The notes under the pieces: model-generated
The model's input: only the letters and a program-made list of their open reading frames with translations
Database searches by the model: none
What the model was told of the DNA's origin: nothing
In this document: positions 1 to 9,908 of the stretch, piece by piece
Position numbering within the stretch: the first letter of the stretch is position 1
Layout: each line of letters starts with the position of its first letter
Position numbers and translations under genes: made by a program
Source of the DNA: Planctomycetota bacterium
GTDB lineage: Bacteria; Planctomycetota; B15-G4; JADJEK01
Length of the DNA stretch: 64,000 nucleotides
Assembly (NCBI GenBank): GCA_044225365.1
Contig: JBGAIQ010000015.1
Coordinates: 37,346 to 101,345, forward strand
Direction of reading: 5' to 3'

Positions 1-1
1 T

Positions 2-2590
2 TTCCGCGTCGCTGTGAAGGTGTCGAGCGCGTCGCGCGAAGGGGCGCCGAGAAGGGACTCCGCGCCTCAGGACGAGCGAGCCGTCATCACCGAGAAGGCG
101 GCGCCGAACCCCGTCCCCGATTCGCACGTGATCCTGCTGTTCGTCGATGGGCTGCGCTACGACGTGCTGCGCGAGATGGCGTTCAACGGCTACCTCCCGA
201 ACTTCAAGAGCCTGTTCTTCGACGGCGGCGTCGACATGGAGCGCACGTTCACGATCGCGCCCGCCAACACGATCCCGGCGACGACGGCCTGCCTCACGGG
301 CTCGTGGCCCGATCGGACGGGGCTCTTCGAGCAGGTCGTCTTCCATCGCGCGCAGGGCACGCTCGACACGCTCCTCGACACGCTCGGACCCGCGAATTCC
401 GCGCGCAAGATAAGGCCCGAATGGTGGCGGACTCCGTTCCCGTCGGGCGCCGAGCGGCCGCTCCTCATCAACGAGTGGTGCGACTACGCGAAGGTCCCGT
501 TCGCTTCGACCGTTCTCCCCGTGCTGCCCGATTATCCGCCGGACCTCTACTTCCAGCGACTCGCGAACGTCGTCCCGTTGTTCGGTGCGCATCACTTGCG
601 TCGCACCTACGCGGATCGCGTTCAGACTTCCTTCGCGCTCGAACGGGTCGTGCGGAAGGAGAACCGGGTGATGTCTCTCTGGTATCCGGGCGCCGATGCC
701 GCGGGCCACGAGAGCCCGCGAGGGTTGTTCGGCGCGGCGCGACGGGAGCTCGCGTGGATCGACGAGGATCTCGCGAAGCTACGCGACAAGGTGGCCGCCG
801 AGGGAATGGCGGATCGCACGTACTGGATGCTCTTCGCCGATCATGGCTCGATCGGCGGCAACGACTTCATCTCGCGCAACTACGACCTCGCGAACGATTT
901 CTTCTACGAGTCGATTCGCAACTCCGACGGCGATCGGGCGCCCGATCTCGACGGCGGCCTCGGAATGAACGTATTGTTCCAGGCTCACGACATCTCGGTG
1001 GAACGTTCGCATCCCGATCTGTCCGGCTCCGACTACGCGGTGTGCGCGACGCAGGCGTACGCAGCGTCGTGGATCGCATTGCCCAAGGGCTCGTTCCTGT
1101 CGCGCGACTGGTCGTCGCCGAACACGATCGATGAACTCACGCATTATCCGATCCATCCACAGTTCGACCCGATCGACATCCCGCAACGATTGCTCTCGGT
1201 CACGAGTACCGAGGGCAAGGCAGCCGGGATCGGCGAACATCCCGTCGAACTCGTCGTAGTCCCTGTCGAGGGTCAGCGCGTTCTGGTCCTCGGCCGCGAA
1301 CACCGCGCGGCGCTCATCGAGCGGCGGCGGGTCGACCCCGCCACGGCGGACCATGCGACGGCGGGAACCCCCAACCCCCGAGTCTTCGAGTTCCGCTATC
1401 GACCGCTCGAGAGATGGACCACGAAGGGAACCGAGTTCGCATTCGAACCGACGCTCGACGTGGGCAAGGACCCACTCGGCTATCTCGGAAGCGAAGCGTT
1501 TCGCACCGCGCTCGAGGAGAATCCGAAGTGGCTCGAGGAGTGGCACGACGATCGCACCTGGCTCGCGATGACGGCGGACTCGAACTATCCCGACGCCGTC
1601 GTCGCCTTTGCGCATCAACAGCTCGAGGATCCCACGCAGCCGCGGGTCGAGGCGAATGAGCGCTACGACTTCTTCGTGGTTGCATCCCGAGGCTGGAATT
1701 TCGCGACGGGCCGCGTGAAGCCCGCAGTGCACCACGGCGCTCCGCAGTACGAAGGAACGCACATCCCGTTCATGGTCTCGGGTCCGAACATCGCGAAGGG
1801 CGCGCGAGTCGTGCGCCCCGCGCGGATCATCGACGTGCTGCCGACCCTGCTCGACATCGTCGGGATCACCCACGAAGACGCGGCGCTGGACGGCAGCGCC
1901 GTCCGTGAGATCTGGGCATCGCCGGATGCGACGCCATCCGCGACGTCTCCGCGGGCCGTGCCGCTCGCGGTCGACCTCTCACCGTCGTATCCCCCGCCCG
2001 ATGAGCGGGTCGAGCACGCCGCGCTGATCCACGACCCCGAGGAGTGGTACGACCTCCACAACATCGCGACCGACCTGACCGGCTTCTTCCTCCAGGAACT
2101 CGTGAACCTGTTCGATGGACCGCTCGACACCGTGATCCCCGGGCAGGAACGTCGCCCGATCTCGAGCACGATCGACTACCTCGTCCGCTCCTACGGCAAG
2201 CTCCCCGAGAACAAGTTGCGAACGCGGCCCGCCGAGCTGTTCGAGGCACTCCGCCTGCGCCACATCACGATCGGCGAGTTCATCAATCCCGTGCAGAGCC
2301 TGCAGCACGTCGATCGCGCCGTCGGCGTCGTGCGCTGGGGGCAAGACGTGATCAAGGATCCCGTGCGGCCCCTCGGCGACGGCGCTCTCGTCGTGTACTA
2401 CCCGATCGACAAAGTACTCGATGGGACAGTGTGGCTGGCGCTCCAGATTCGCGACGTCGTGGAGCGGGGTCTGATCGGTTGGATCGACGGCTCGATCAAC
2501 GGAATCGAGGGCGGCATGCGTGCTTGCGCGCGAGCGTTCGGGAACGGGACCGATCCCGCGTCGCCCCGGCTCGCCACTTCGTCGAAGTGA
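2..2590 (+). CDS. Alkaline phosphatase superfamily / type I phosphodiesterase-nucleotide pyrophosphatase with C-terminal helical extension (probably 5'-truncated by the window edge)
   Basis: Motifs LLFVDGLRYD, TIPATTACLTG, DAAGH, FADHG, HHG...HIPFMVSGP and RIIDVLPTL. The frame is open from the window start. Confidence 0.8.
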   Translation, partial: FRVAVKVSSASREGAPRRDSAPQDERAVITEKAAPNPVPDSHVILLFVDGLRYDVLREMAFNGYLPNFKSLFFDGGVDMERTFTIAPANTIPATTACLTGSWPDRTGLFEQVVFHRAQGTLDTLLDTLGPANSARKIRPEWWRTPFPSGAERPLLINEWCDYAKVPFASTVLPVLPDYPPDLYFQRLANVVPLFGAHHLRRTYADRVQTSFALERVVRKENRVMSLWYPGADAAGHESPRGLFGAARRELAWIDEDLAKLRDKVAAEGMADRTYWMLFADHGSIGGNDFISRNYDLANDFFYESIRNSDGDRAPDLDGGLGMNVLFQAHDISVERSHPDLSGSDYAVCATQAYAASWIALPKGSFLSRDWSSPNTIDELTHYPIHPQFDPIDIPQRLLSVTSTEGKAAGIGEHPVELVVVPVEGQRVLVLGREHRAALIERRRVDPATADHATAGTPNPRVFEFRYRPLERWTTKGTEFAFEPTLDVGKDPLGYLGSEAFRTALEENPKWLEEWHDDRTWLAMTADSNYPDAVVAFAHQQLEDPTQPRVEANERYDFFVVASRGWNFATGRVKPAVHHGAPQYEGTHIPFMVSGPNIAKGARVVRPARIIDVLPTLLDIVGITHEDAALDGSAVREIWASPDATPSATSPRAVPLAVDLSPSYPPPDERVEHAALIHDPEEWYDLHNIATDLTGFFLQELVNLFDGPLDTVIPGQERRPISSTIDYLVRSYGKLPENKLRTRPAELFEALRLRHITIGEFINPVQSLQHVDRAVGVVRWGQDVIKDPVRPLGDGALVVYYPIDKVLDGTVWLALQIRDVVERGLIGWIDGSINGIEGGMRACARAFGNGTDPASPRLATSSK

Positions 2591-2674
2591 TGGCGTTGCG
2601 CGAAGCCCAGGAATCGGGGATACTCGTCCCTTGGAGAGCCCTCTTCAAGTCGGGCGAGTACCAGGAAATCGAAC

Positions 2675-5260
2675 ATGACTCCACGAACGTCGACTCGACG
2701 CGCGAGCGTTCTTCCGCTCATTGCCGTCCTCGCTACGGTTCCATGCCATATCGCTGCCGCGCAGACCAAGCCTCTGTTCCCTGCGGTGCAGTACGCGAGC
2801 GGCCCTGCTACCTCGGGAGTCGCGATCGGCGACCTCAACGGTGACGGGAAGATCGACGTCGCGACCTGCAATCGAGGCGCCGACAACGTGGTCGTGCGTC
2901 TCGGCAGCGGCTTCGGTGCGTTCGGTACGGCCGCGACCTTCGCCGTCGGATCGCTGCCGGACGCGATCGCGATCGCGGACGTGAACGGCGATGGCAAGCT
3001 CGACTTCGTCACCGCGAATTCGGGCCCTTCGAACATCAGCGTCGCTCTCGGGAACGGCGCGGGCTCGTTCGCCGCAGCGGTCTCGTTCGCCGCAGGCGCC
3101 GGAACTCTCACCGACGTCGCGCTCGCCGATCTCGATGGGGATGGGAAGATCGACGCGCTCGTCGACAACACCCTGACGAACTCGCTCAGCTTCCTGAAGG
3201 GCAACGGCGCGGGTTCCTTCGCTGCTCCGCAATCGATCGCCGTAGGAACCGCGCCCGAGCGCGTCGCTCTTTCCGACCTCGACAACGACGGCGATCTCGA
3301 TCTCGTCGTCGCGAACAACGGATCGAACGACGTCTCGGTGCGCCGCTCGAACGGCAACGGGACTTTCGCGGTGGTGGCGAGCATCGCGGGGAACAACTTC
3401 CCGCGCGGCGTTGCGGCGGGCGATCTCAACAACGATGGCCTCGCCGACGTCATCGCGGCGAATCAACTCTCGCAAGACCTCTCGATCGCGAAGGGGCTCG
3501 GCGCGGCGACGTTTGCGGCACCGACGACGCTGGTCCTCGATACTAGTTTCGGCCCGGCGTATCCGCGTGATCTCGCGATCCTCGATCTCGATGCCGACGG
3601 CAAGCGCGACGTGCTGGTGCTCGGACAGGGCCCCGACCGGGTATACACCCTCATCGGCGATGCGCTGTTCCACTTCACACAAGGCGGCTCGTTCGGTGTC
3701 GGCACGGAGCCCGTGCGCATGGCGACGGGATTCGTCAACGGCGACGGCACGCCCGACGTGATCACCGCGGGCAACGGGGCGAAGGCCGCTACGGTCCTCC
3801 TCGGTAACGGCGTCGGTGGGTTCATCCAGTCGCCTTCGTATCCGCTGCCGGCCGATGGAACGTGCGTCGCGCTCGGCGACCTGAACGGCGATGCCAAGCT
3901 CGACGCGGTCGTCGGCGCCGGATTCAGTTCGAAGTACGTGGTCTTCACTGGCAATGGCGGCGGCGCGCTCACCAACGTGGGCACGTTGTTGTCGGGAGCG
4001 AATCCCGCGGGCTGCAGGCTCGGCGACTTCAACGCGGACGGGAAGCTCGATCTGATCTCGACCGCGCTCTTCTCGTCGTCGGTCGCGCTGCACCTCGGCA
4101 ATGGCACGGCGACGTTCGCGCCGTTCACGTCGTTCGCCGTCGGCCCGCAACCGCGCGGCATCGCCGCGGGCGACCTGAATGGCGACGGCAAGCTTGACGC
4201 CGTCGTCGCGAACTTCGGGAGCACGACCGCTTCGGTGCTCGTCAACAGCGGCGGCGGATCGTTCGCTCCCGCAGTGAACTACACCTGCGGCACGCAGCCC
4301 GGATTTCCCGCGCTCGGCGACACCGATCTCGACGGGGATCTCGATCTCGTCGTCGTGAACGTGTGGAGTCCCGACGTGTCGTACCTCCGCAACAACGGCG
4401 GCGGCAGCGGGACCTTCGCGCCCGCCGTGGCGCTCGCCAACGGGACGAATGGGTCTCACATCGTGCTCGACGATGTGAACAACGACGGTCGGCCCGACAT
4501 GATCGCGACGAATGGCGGCTCCCAGGATCTGTGGATCCGGCTCGGAGGAGCGGGCGGAAACTTCGGCGCGGCGACGGTGATCTCGGGTTTCCCCGGCGCC
4601 GCGAGCACGGCCGTGGTCGACGTGTCCGGCGATTCGAAGAAGGACCTCGCGGTCGTCAATTCGCTCGGCAACACGGTGTCGGTACTCGAAGGAAACGGAG
4701 CCGGCGCGTTCGCGCTCGCCGCCGACTACGTGACGGGGGTCGGCCCGGTCGCAATCGCGGCCGGTGATATCAACGGCGACGGCAAGAGCGATCTCCTCGT
4801 CGCGAACGGATCGTCTTCGAACGACGCGACATTGCTCCTGAACCAGAGCACCGCGGCCTATGTATTCGCCTATGGGACGACCGGAACGCACTGCGTGGGC
4901 AGCGGCGGTTTCACGCCGCGATTGCAGATGACCTGCTGCCCGATCCCGGGGCAGAGCGTGACGCTCACTCTCGACAAGGCCCTTGGCCCGTCGACCGCGA
5001 TCCTCCTCTTCGGCCTCGCTCAGGCCTCGATCCCGATTCCCGGGCCCGGCGCGTGCCTCCTGCGAGTCTCCCCGTTGTTGCCGCTCACGCTGACGTTGCC
5101 ACTCTTCGGTACGGGCGCGGGTAACGGTGTGATATCCTTCCCCTCCGCGATTCCCCCGGGCGTGTACAACGCGACCGTCACGTTACAGGGATTCGTCGTC
5201 GATCCCGGAGTGCCGCAAGGCTACGCCGGTTCGAACGGCCTCGAGATCCACATTCCCTGA
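2675..5260 (+). CDS. Secreted FG-GAP/VCBS repeat beta-propeller protein with shared C-terminal domain
   Basis: Signal peptide (…HIAAA-Q), about 14 GDxNGDGxxD repeats, then a ~130 aa CTD ending SNGLEIHIP. Confidence 0.9.
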   Translation: MTPRTSTRRASVLPLIAVLATVPCHIAAAQTKPLFPAVQYASGPATSGVAIGDLNGDGKIDVATCNRGADNVVVRLGSGFGAFGTAATFAVGSLPDAIAIADVNGDGKLDFVTANSGPSNISVALGNGAGSFAAAVSFAAGAGTLTDVALADLDGDGKIDALVDNTLTNSLSFLKGNGAGSFAAPQSIAVGTAPERVALSDLDNDGDLDLVVANNGSNDVSVRRSNGNGTFAVVASIAGNNFPRGVAAGDLNNDGLADVIAANQLSQDLSIAKGLGAATFAAPTTLVLDTSFGPAYPRDLAILDLDADGKRDVLVLGQGPDRVYTLIGDALFHFTQGGSFGVGTEPVRMATGFVNGDGTPDVITAGNGAKAATVLLGNGVGGFIQSPSYPLPADGTCVALGDLNGDAKLDAVVGAGFSSKYVVFTGNGGGALTNVGTLLSGANPAGCRLGDFNADGKLDLISTALFSSSVALHLGNGTATFAPFTSFAVGPQPRGIAAGDLNGDGKLDAVVANFGSTTASVLVNSGGGSFAPAVNYTCGTQPGFPALGDTDLDGDLDLVVVNVWSPDVSYLRNNGGGSGTFAPAVALANGTNGSHIVLDDVNNDGRPDMIATNGGSQDLWIRLGGAGGNFGAATVISGFPGAASTAVVDVSGDSKKDLAVVNSLGNTVSVLEGNGAGAFALAADYVTGVGPVAIAAGDINGDGKSDLLVANGSSSNDATLLLNQSTAAYVFAYGTTGTHCVGSGGFTPRLQMTCCPIPGQSVTLTLDKALGPSTAILLFGLAQASIPIPGPGACLLRVSPLLPLTLTLPLFGTGAGNGVISFPSAIPPGVYNATVTLQGFVVDPGVPQGYAGSNGLEIHIP

Positions 5261-5329
5261 CCTTCTCGCTCCGTCCACGCGCAATCGTCGCGCTCGACAC
5301 CGCACTTCGTATCCCATCTACGGAGATTC

Positions 5330-7390
5330 TTGTCCATGCACCGCTCGGTCAACGCGCGCACGGCGCCCCCGTTCCTCGGCTTCCTCGGTCTCCTTGTCGG
5401 CCTCTGCGGAGCATCGTCGGCGTTGTCCGCCACGCATGACGACGGCGGAGACTACTTCTGGAACGGGGCGGACCGGATCGACGTGACCGTCGATTCGAGC
5501 CAGCTCGGCGTCCTCCTCCCCAAGTCCGTCGACGAGTCCGAGGCGCGGGCGATCGTCGGCGCTTCGAGCGTGGTCGACCCGGATCGGCTGAATACCGCGG
5601 TGTACGTGAAAGGGCACATCTTCCAGGTGCCGATGCGCAAGGGCGTCACGGTGCAAGCTGCGCTCGAAGGGTCGCGCGAACTCGGGGCGCGCGCCGACGT
5701 ACTCGCCGCGGGGCCCCGTTTCCTGGCCGGCGTCGAACCCTACTACGTCACGGACGAGATCCTGGTGCGGTGGCGCGTCGGCACGCCGGTCGACACGATC
5801 GCGAACCTCGAGCGTGCGCATGGGCTCGCGCGAAGCGGGAAACTCGACTACGCGGTGAATCCCGGTGTCGTGTACCGCCTGCCGCACGGCAAGAGTCTCG
5901 ACGCCTTCTCCATCACGCGCCGGCTCGTCGAGAGCGGAGCCGTTTCGTTCGCGATCCCGGACTTCTCGGTCCAGCGCGTGCCGTACGCGACGACGAACGA
6001 CGCACTCTTCCCGAATCAGTGGCACCTCGAATCGACGGGCCAGAACGGCGCGAAGCCGAACGCGGACGTCGACATCCAGGGCGCATGGGACGTGACGCGC
6101 GGCGATCCGAGCGTGATCGTCGCGATGGTCGACACCGGCGTCGAACTCGCGCATCCGGATCTCGTGCCCAATCTCGTGCCGGGCACCGACGTGCTCGACA
6201 ACGACAGCAATCCGCAGGCGACCGACTACTTCTTCGGCCTCTTCACCGAGAACCACGGGACGTCGACGTCGGGCATCGCGTGCGGCGCGGGTGACAACGG
6301 AATCGGGATCAGCGGCGCGGCGCAGCACTGCAAGGTCATGCCGATCCGCTTCCTCTCCGAGTTCATCCTCGTCCAGCCCACGATCCAGGACGAGGCCGAC
6401 GCGTTCAACTTCGCGCGCGCGAACGGCGCCGCAGTGATCAACAACTCGTGGGGACCGTCGGCCGCCGCGGCGCTGCCGGCATCGACGAAGGCGGCGATCG
6501 ACGATTGCGTGGCGAACGGTCGCGGCGGCCTCGGAACGATGGTCTTCTTCGCGGCCGGCAATTCCGCGGTCGACGTCGCGACGAATGGCTACGCGGCCTA
6601 CGCGAACACGATCGCGGTCTCTGCTTCGACCGATCAGGATCTCTTCGCGAGCTATAGCAATTTCGGCAACGAGATCGATTTCGCGGCGCCGAGCAACGGT
6701 GGCGTCACGACGGGCACGTGGACGACCGACCGCTTCGGCAGCGTGGGCTACTCGGCGGGCGACTACACCGATGCGTTCGGCGGCACTTCGTCGGCCTCGC
6801 CACTCGCGGCGGGCATCGCGGCGCTCGTGCTCTCTGCGAATCCCTATCTCTCGTGGGACGAGGTACGCGACGTGATGCGCACGACCACGATCAAGATCGA
6901 TCTCGCGGGCGGTGCCTACGACGTGAACGGACACTCGTCGAAGTACGGCTACGGAAAGGTCAATGCGAACAACGCGGTGCACGAGGCGCTGAATCGACCG
7001 CCGCACGGCATCGAGATCTACGGAACGGGCCTCGCCGGCAGCTTCGGGCTCGTTCCGAAGCTCGGCGCCAATTCGGTTCCGAAGGCGGGAAACGCGGGCT
7101 TCGCGCTCACGCTGCAGAATGCGCTCGCCAACGGTTCGGGCTCGCTGCTCATCGGCTTCGCGCCGCTGAATCTTCCCGTGCTCGGGGGCACGCTGCTCGT
7201 CGACGTCATCGGCCCGAGCTTCATCCTGCCGCTGCCCGTCGGCCCCTCCGGCTCGCAGACGATTCCGTTGCCGATCCCGAGCTCACCTTCGCCGGTCGGT
7301 GTCGCGTTCTATTCGCAGTGGATCGGGAACGATCCTGGCGCAATGCACGGCTACGCGTTCTCGCGCGGCGTGAAGGCGACGATCCAGTAG
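5330..7390 (+). CDS. Secreted S8 (subtilisin/kexin-like) serine peptidase with shared C-terminal domain
   Basis: Catalytic motifs VDTGV (Asp), NHGT (His), FAAGN (oxyanion Asn), GTSSASP (Ser). Signal peptide, prodomain and CTD present. Confidence 0.92.
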   Translation: MSMHRSVNARTAPPFLGFLGLLVGLCGASSALSATHDDGGDYFWNGADRIDVTVDSSQLGVLLPKSVDESEARAIVGASSVVDPDRLNTAVYVKGHIFQVPMRKGVTVQAALEGSRELGARADVLAAGPRFLAGVEPYYVTDEILVRWRVGTPVDTIANLERAHGLARSGKLDYAVNPGVVYRLPHGKSLDAFSITRRLVESGAVSFAIPDFSVQRVPYATTNDALFPNQWHLESTGQNGAKPNADVDIQGAWDVTRGDPSVIVAMVDTGVELAHPDLVPNLVPGTDVLDNDSNPQATDYFFGLFTENHGTSTSGIACGAGDNGIGISGAAQHCKVMPIRFLSEFILVQPTIQDEADAFNFARANGAAVINNSWGPSAAAALPASTKAAIDDCVANGRGGLGTMVFFAAGNSAVDVATNGYAAYANTIAVSASTDQDLFASYSNFGNEIDFAAPSNGGVTTGTWTTDRFGSVGYSAGDYTDAFGGTSSASPLAAGIAALVLSANPYLSWDEVRDVMRTTTIKIDLAGGAYDVNGHSSKYGYGKVNANNAVHEALNRPPHGIEIYGTGLAGSFGLVPKLGANSVPKAGNAGFALTLQNALANGSGSLLIGFAPLNLPVLGGTLLVDVIGPSFILPLPVGPSGSQTIPLPIPSSPSPVGVAFYSQWIGNDPGAMHGYAFSRGVKATIQ

Positions 7391-7402
7391 CGCGGGACCG
7401 TT

Positions 7403-8380
7403 CTACCCCGTGATGACGACGCGGGAGCCCTCGCGCACGGCTTCGACGAGCCGTGACAGGTCGCTCGGGGACAGCCAGATGTCGCCGGACGTGACGGTCG
7501 TGGGCGCGATCTTCGCACCGGCCTTCGCCGCGCGGATCGCGAGGCGTTCGACGTCGAGCGCGTCGGCATCGAGGCCGAGGTAGGCCTCTTCGATCGCTGC
7601 GGCGACGTGCTCCGCGCTTCCGCGCTCGGGCGGGATTCGCTTCAAGACCTTGGTCGTTCCGGTGGGCGTCGGTGTCGTCGCGGCGCCGCACGAGATCGGG
7701 ACGTACAGGAGGAGCGTCGACACGCTGTCCTCTCGCAGGTGCCACAGGGCGAGGCGCCGATGGGCGAGGTCGATCTCGATCTCGAGTTCGCCCTTGGACA
7801 GATCGACGATCTTGAGGCGCTGGCCGATGCGGAGCTTCGTCGGGTCGCTGCTCGGATTGTCGCGCTCGAGGAGCGCGGCGTCGATCTTGAACAACGGGGC
7901 GAGCTTCCACGGGGTCTCGCCGGCTTTCACGACGTGATGGCGGACGCTCACCGCGTCGCTGCCCTTGAAGCTCTCGCCGCTGAAGAACATCCGCTTCAGG
8001 AACGGCTCGAGGCGGTCGCCGAGCGCTCGCGCTTCGTCGGGCTCGCTGACGCGGATGCGCGCGCTGCCTTGGATCACGAGATCGGTGACCGCGTTCGGAT
8101 CCTTCTTCGCGAGCACGAACAGTGGATCGATCGGCGTCGCGGCGTGCTTCGCCTTGTCGACCGGCTTCGTGGGTGGAGGCGCGGACTCCTTCGCGGGAGG
8201 GTTCGCCTTCGATTCGTGGTCCGTCGCGGACGGCGGCGTTTCGCTCGCTGGCGCGTTGCGCAACTTGGTCGAAGTCGGACTCGGCGGGTTGATCGCCTGG
8301 ACTTCGTCGGCGGCCGGAGCGCAACCGAGGACGCCCGCCGCACCGAGGATGAGAGAACCGAACACGAAGGACCGTCGCAT
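7403..8380 (-). CDS. Lipoprotein with LysM domain and degenerate L,D-transpeptidase (YkuD)-like domain
   Basis: ATG at 8380 with GGAGG RBS; lipobox-like VLGC; LysM (HVVKAGETPWKLA...LRIGQRLKI); YkuD-like IEIDLAHRRLAL...TPTPTG; catalytic region reads TSGDIWL. Confidence 0.75.
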   Translation of the reverse strand: MRRSFVFGSLILGAAGVLGCAPAADEVQAINPPSPTSTKLRNAPASETPPSATDHESKANPPAKESAPPPTKPVDKAKHAATPIDPLFVLAKKDPNAVTDLVIQGSARIRVSEPDEARALGDRLEPFLKRMFFSGESFKGSDAVSVRHHVVKAGETPWKLAPLFKIDAALLERDNPSSDPTKLRIGQRLKIVDLSKGELEIEIDLAHRRLALWHLREDSVSTLLLYVPISCGAATTPTPTGTTKVLKRIPPERGSAEHVAAAIEEAYLGLDADALDVERLAIRAAKAGAKIAPTTVTSGDIWLSPSDLSRLVEAVREGSRVVITG

Positions 8381-8452
8381 CGCGAGACCTCCTGCCGCAC
8401 CAGCGATCTTAGCGATAGCACCCGAAGGGCCGCTCTGTTCTTCACTCTTCCT

Positions 8453-8626
8453 GGACCGCCGCGCTCCAGCGCGGCCCCACAACGCGAAGACGGGTCGACA
8501 GCCGTCGACCCCTACGACTCGGCAATCGGACCGCCGCGCTCCAGCGCGGCCCCACAACGCGAAGACGGGTCGACAGCCGTCGACCCCTACGACTTGGCAT
8601 TCGGACCGCCGCGCTCCAGCGCGGCC
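8453..8626. repeat. Tandem 75-bp BIME-like repeat (about 2.3 copies) built from two alternating palindromic REP-like units
   Basis: Units start at 8453, 8528 and 8603. They contain GCCGCGCT-CC-AGCGCGGC and GGGTCGAC-AGCC-GTCGACCC-CTAC hairpins. Confidence 0.9.
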
Positions 8627-8743
8627 GCCGAAACCGTGGCCCGGCCCTCCGCCCTCACGAATCGAAGGCCATGCGCGGTTGCGCCGCCTTGGTGATAACT
8701 TGCGGGGCCTTGGTCTCATCCGTCCGTCGAAAGAAGGCTGAAG

Positions 8744-9880
8744 ATGTTGCATGCCGACCGCGTTGCGTTGGAAGGTGCGTCGCGTCGCGAGTTTCTCTCG
8801 CGCGTCTCGGCGGGGGCGTTGCTGCTGTCGCAAACCGGATTCGCACGAAGCGCCGTTTCCGCGCTCCCGCGCGCGATGGAGGGCAAGCCGCTCGGCGTCG
8901 CGCTCGTCGGGCTCGGTGGCCTGTCGACGAATCAGCTCGCACCGGCGCTGACGAAGACGACGCGATGCAAGCTCGCCGCGGTCGTCTCGGGATCGAAGGA
9001 CAAGCTCGCGCAGTGGGGCAGGGACCACTCGATCCCCGAGCGCTCGCTCTACACCTACGACGGCTTCGACGCGATCGCGAACGATCCCGCGGTCGATCTC
9101 GTCTACATCGTGCTCCCGAACAGCCAGCACTGCGAGTTCGCGATTCGTGCGGCGAAGGCGGGCAAGCACGTGCTCGTGGAGAAGCCGATGGCGGTGAGCG
9201 TCGCCGAGTGCGAGAAGATGATCGAAGCGGCGAAGCAGGCGAAGGTGCGCATCGGCGTCGCGTATCGCTGCCAGTTCGAGCCGCATCACGTCGAGTCGAT
9301 GCGTCTCGCCAAGGAGAAGGCGTTCGGCGAGACTCGATACGTCGAGGCGGGTTTCGGATTCGCGATCGGCGCGGCAGAGCAGTGGCGCCTTTCGAAGGCA
9401 CTCGCGGGCGGCGGCGCGATGATGGACGTCGGGATCTACGCACTCCAGGCGGTGCGTTATCTCACGAACGAAGAACCCGTTCGCGTGAGTGCGACCGAGG
9501 TGAAGACCGATCCGGTCAAGTTCAAGGAGGTCGACGAGACGATCGGTTTCACGCTCACATTCCCCTCCGGCATCCTCGCGCAGTGTTCGACGACGTACCG
9601 CTGGAACGGAACGAACTTCTTCCGCGTCACCGGTGATCGCGGGTTCTTCGAACTGCGCAACGCCTACGGCTACGGCGGACAGGGCGGAGTTCGCAGCGAT
9701 GGCAAGACGATCGCTTTCCCCGCGGTGGACCACTTCGCGACGATGCTCGATGCGTTTGCCGAATCGATCATCCAGGGCAAGCAAAGCCGCATCGATGGCG
9801 AAGAGGGCCTGAAGGACATGCGCGTGATCGAGGCGATCTATCGCTCGATCGCCGAGAAGAAGACGATCGAATTGAAGTGA
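8744..9880 (+). CDS. Tat-exported Gfo/Idh/MocA (glucose-fructose oxidoreductase-like) oxidoreductase
   Basis: Twin-arginine SRREFL, Rossmann VGLGG, GKHVLVEKPMA, GGGAMMDVGIY. Confidence 0.92.
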   Translation: MLHADRVALEGASRREFLSRVSAGALLLSQTGFARSAVSALPRAMEGKPLGVALVGLGGLSTNQLAPALTKTTRCKLAAVVSGSKDKLAQWGRDHSIPERSLYTYDGFDAIANDPAVDLVYIVLPNSQHCEFAIRAAKAGKHVLVEKPMAVSVAECEKMIEAAKQAKVRIGVAYRCQFEPHHVESMRLAKEKAFGETRYVEAGFGFAIGAAEQWRLSKALAGGGAMMDVGIYALQAVRYLTNEEPVRVSATEVKTDPVKFKEVDETIGFTLTFPSGILAQCSTTYRWNGTNFFRVTGDRGFFELRNAYGYGGQGGVRSDGKTIAFPAVDHFATMLDAFAESIIQGKQSRIDGEEGLKDMRVIEAIYRSIAEKKTIELK

Positions 9881-9908
9881 GTCTCCGACCGGCGATTCTC
9901 GCTCGGTT

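Noticed and set aside
2645-7006. Long antisense ORFs (2645-4891, 5318-7006, and similar ones such as 36382-37683, 39715-41490, 53524-55479)
   Set aside because: They are shadow frames of real genes in high-GC DNA: Arg-rich and without motifs.
8453-8626. Possible CRISPR array
   Set aside because: The inter-repeat segments are near-identical rather than unique spacers, and no cas genes are nearby. It is a REP/BIME-like tandem repeat.
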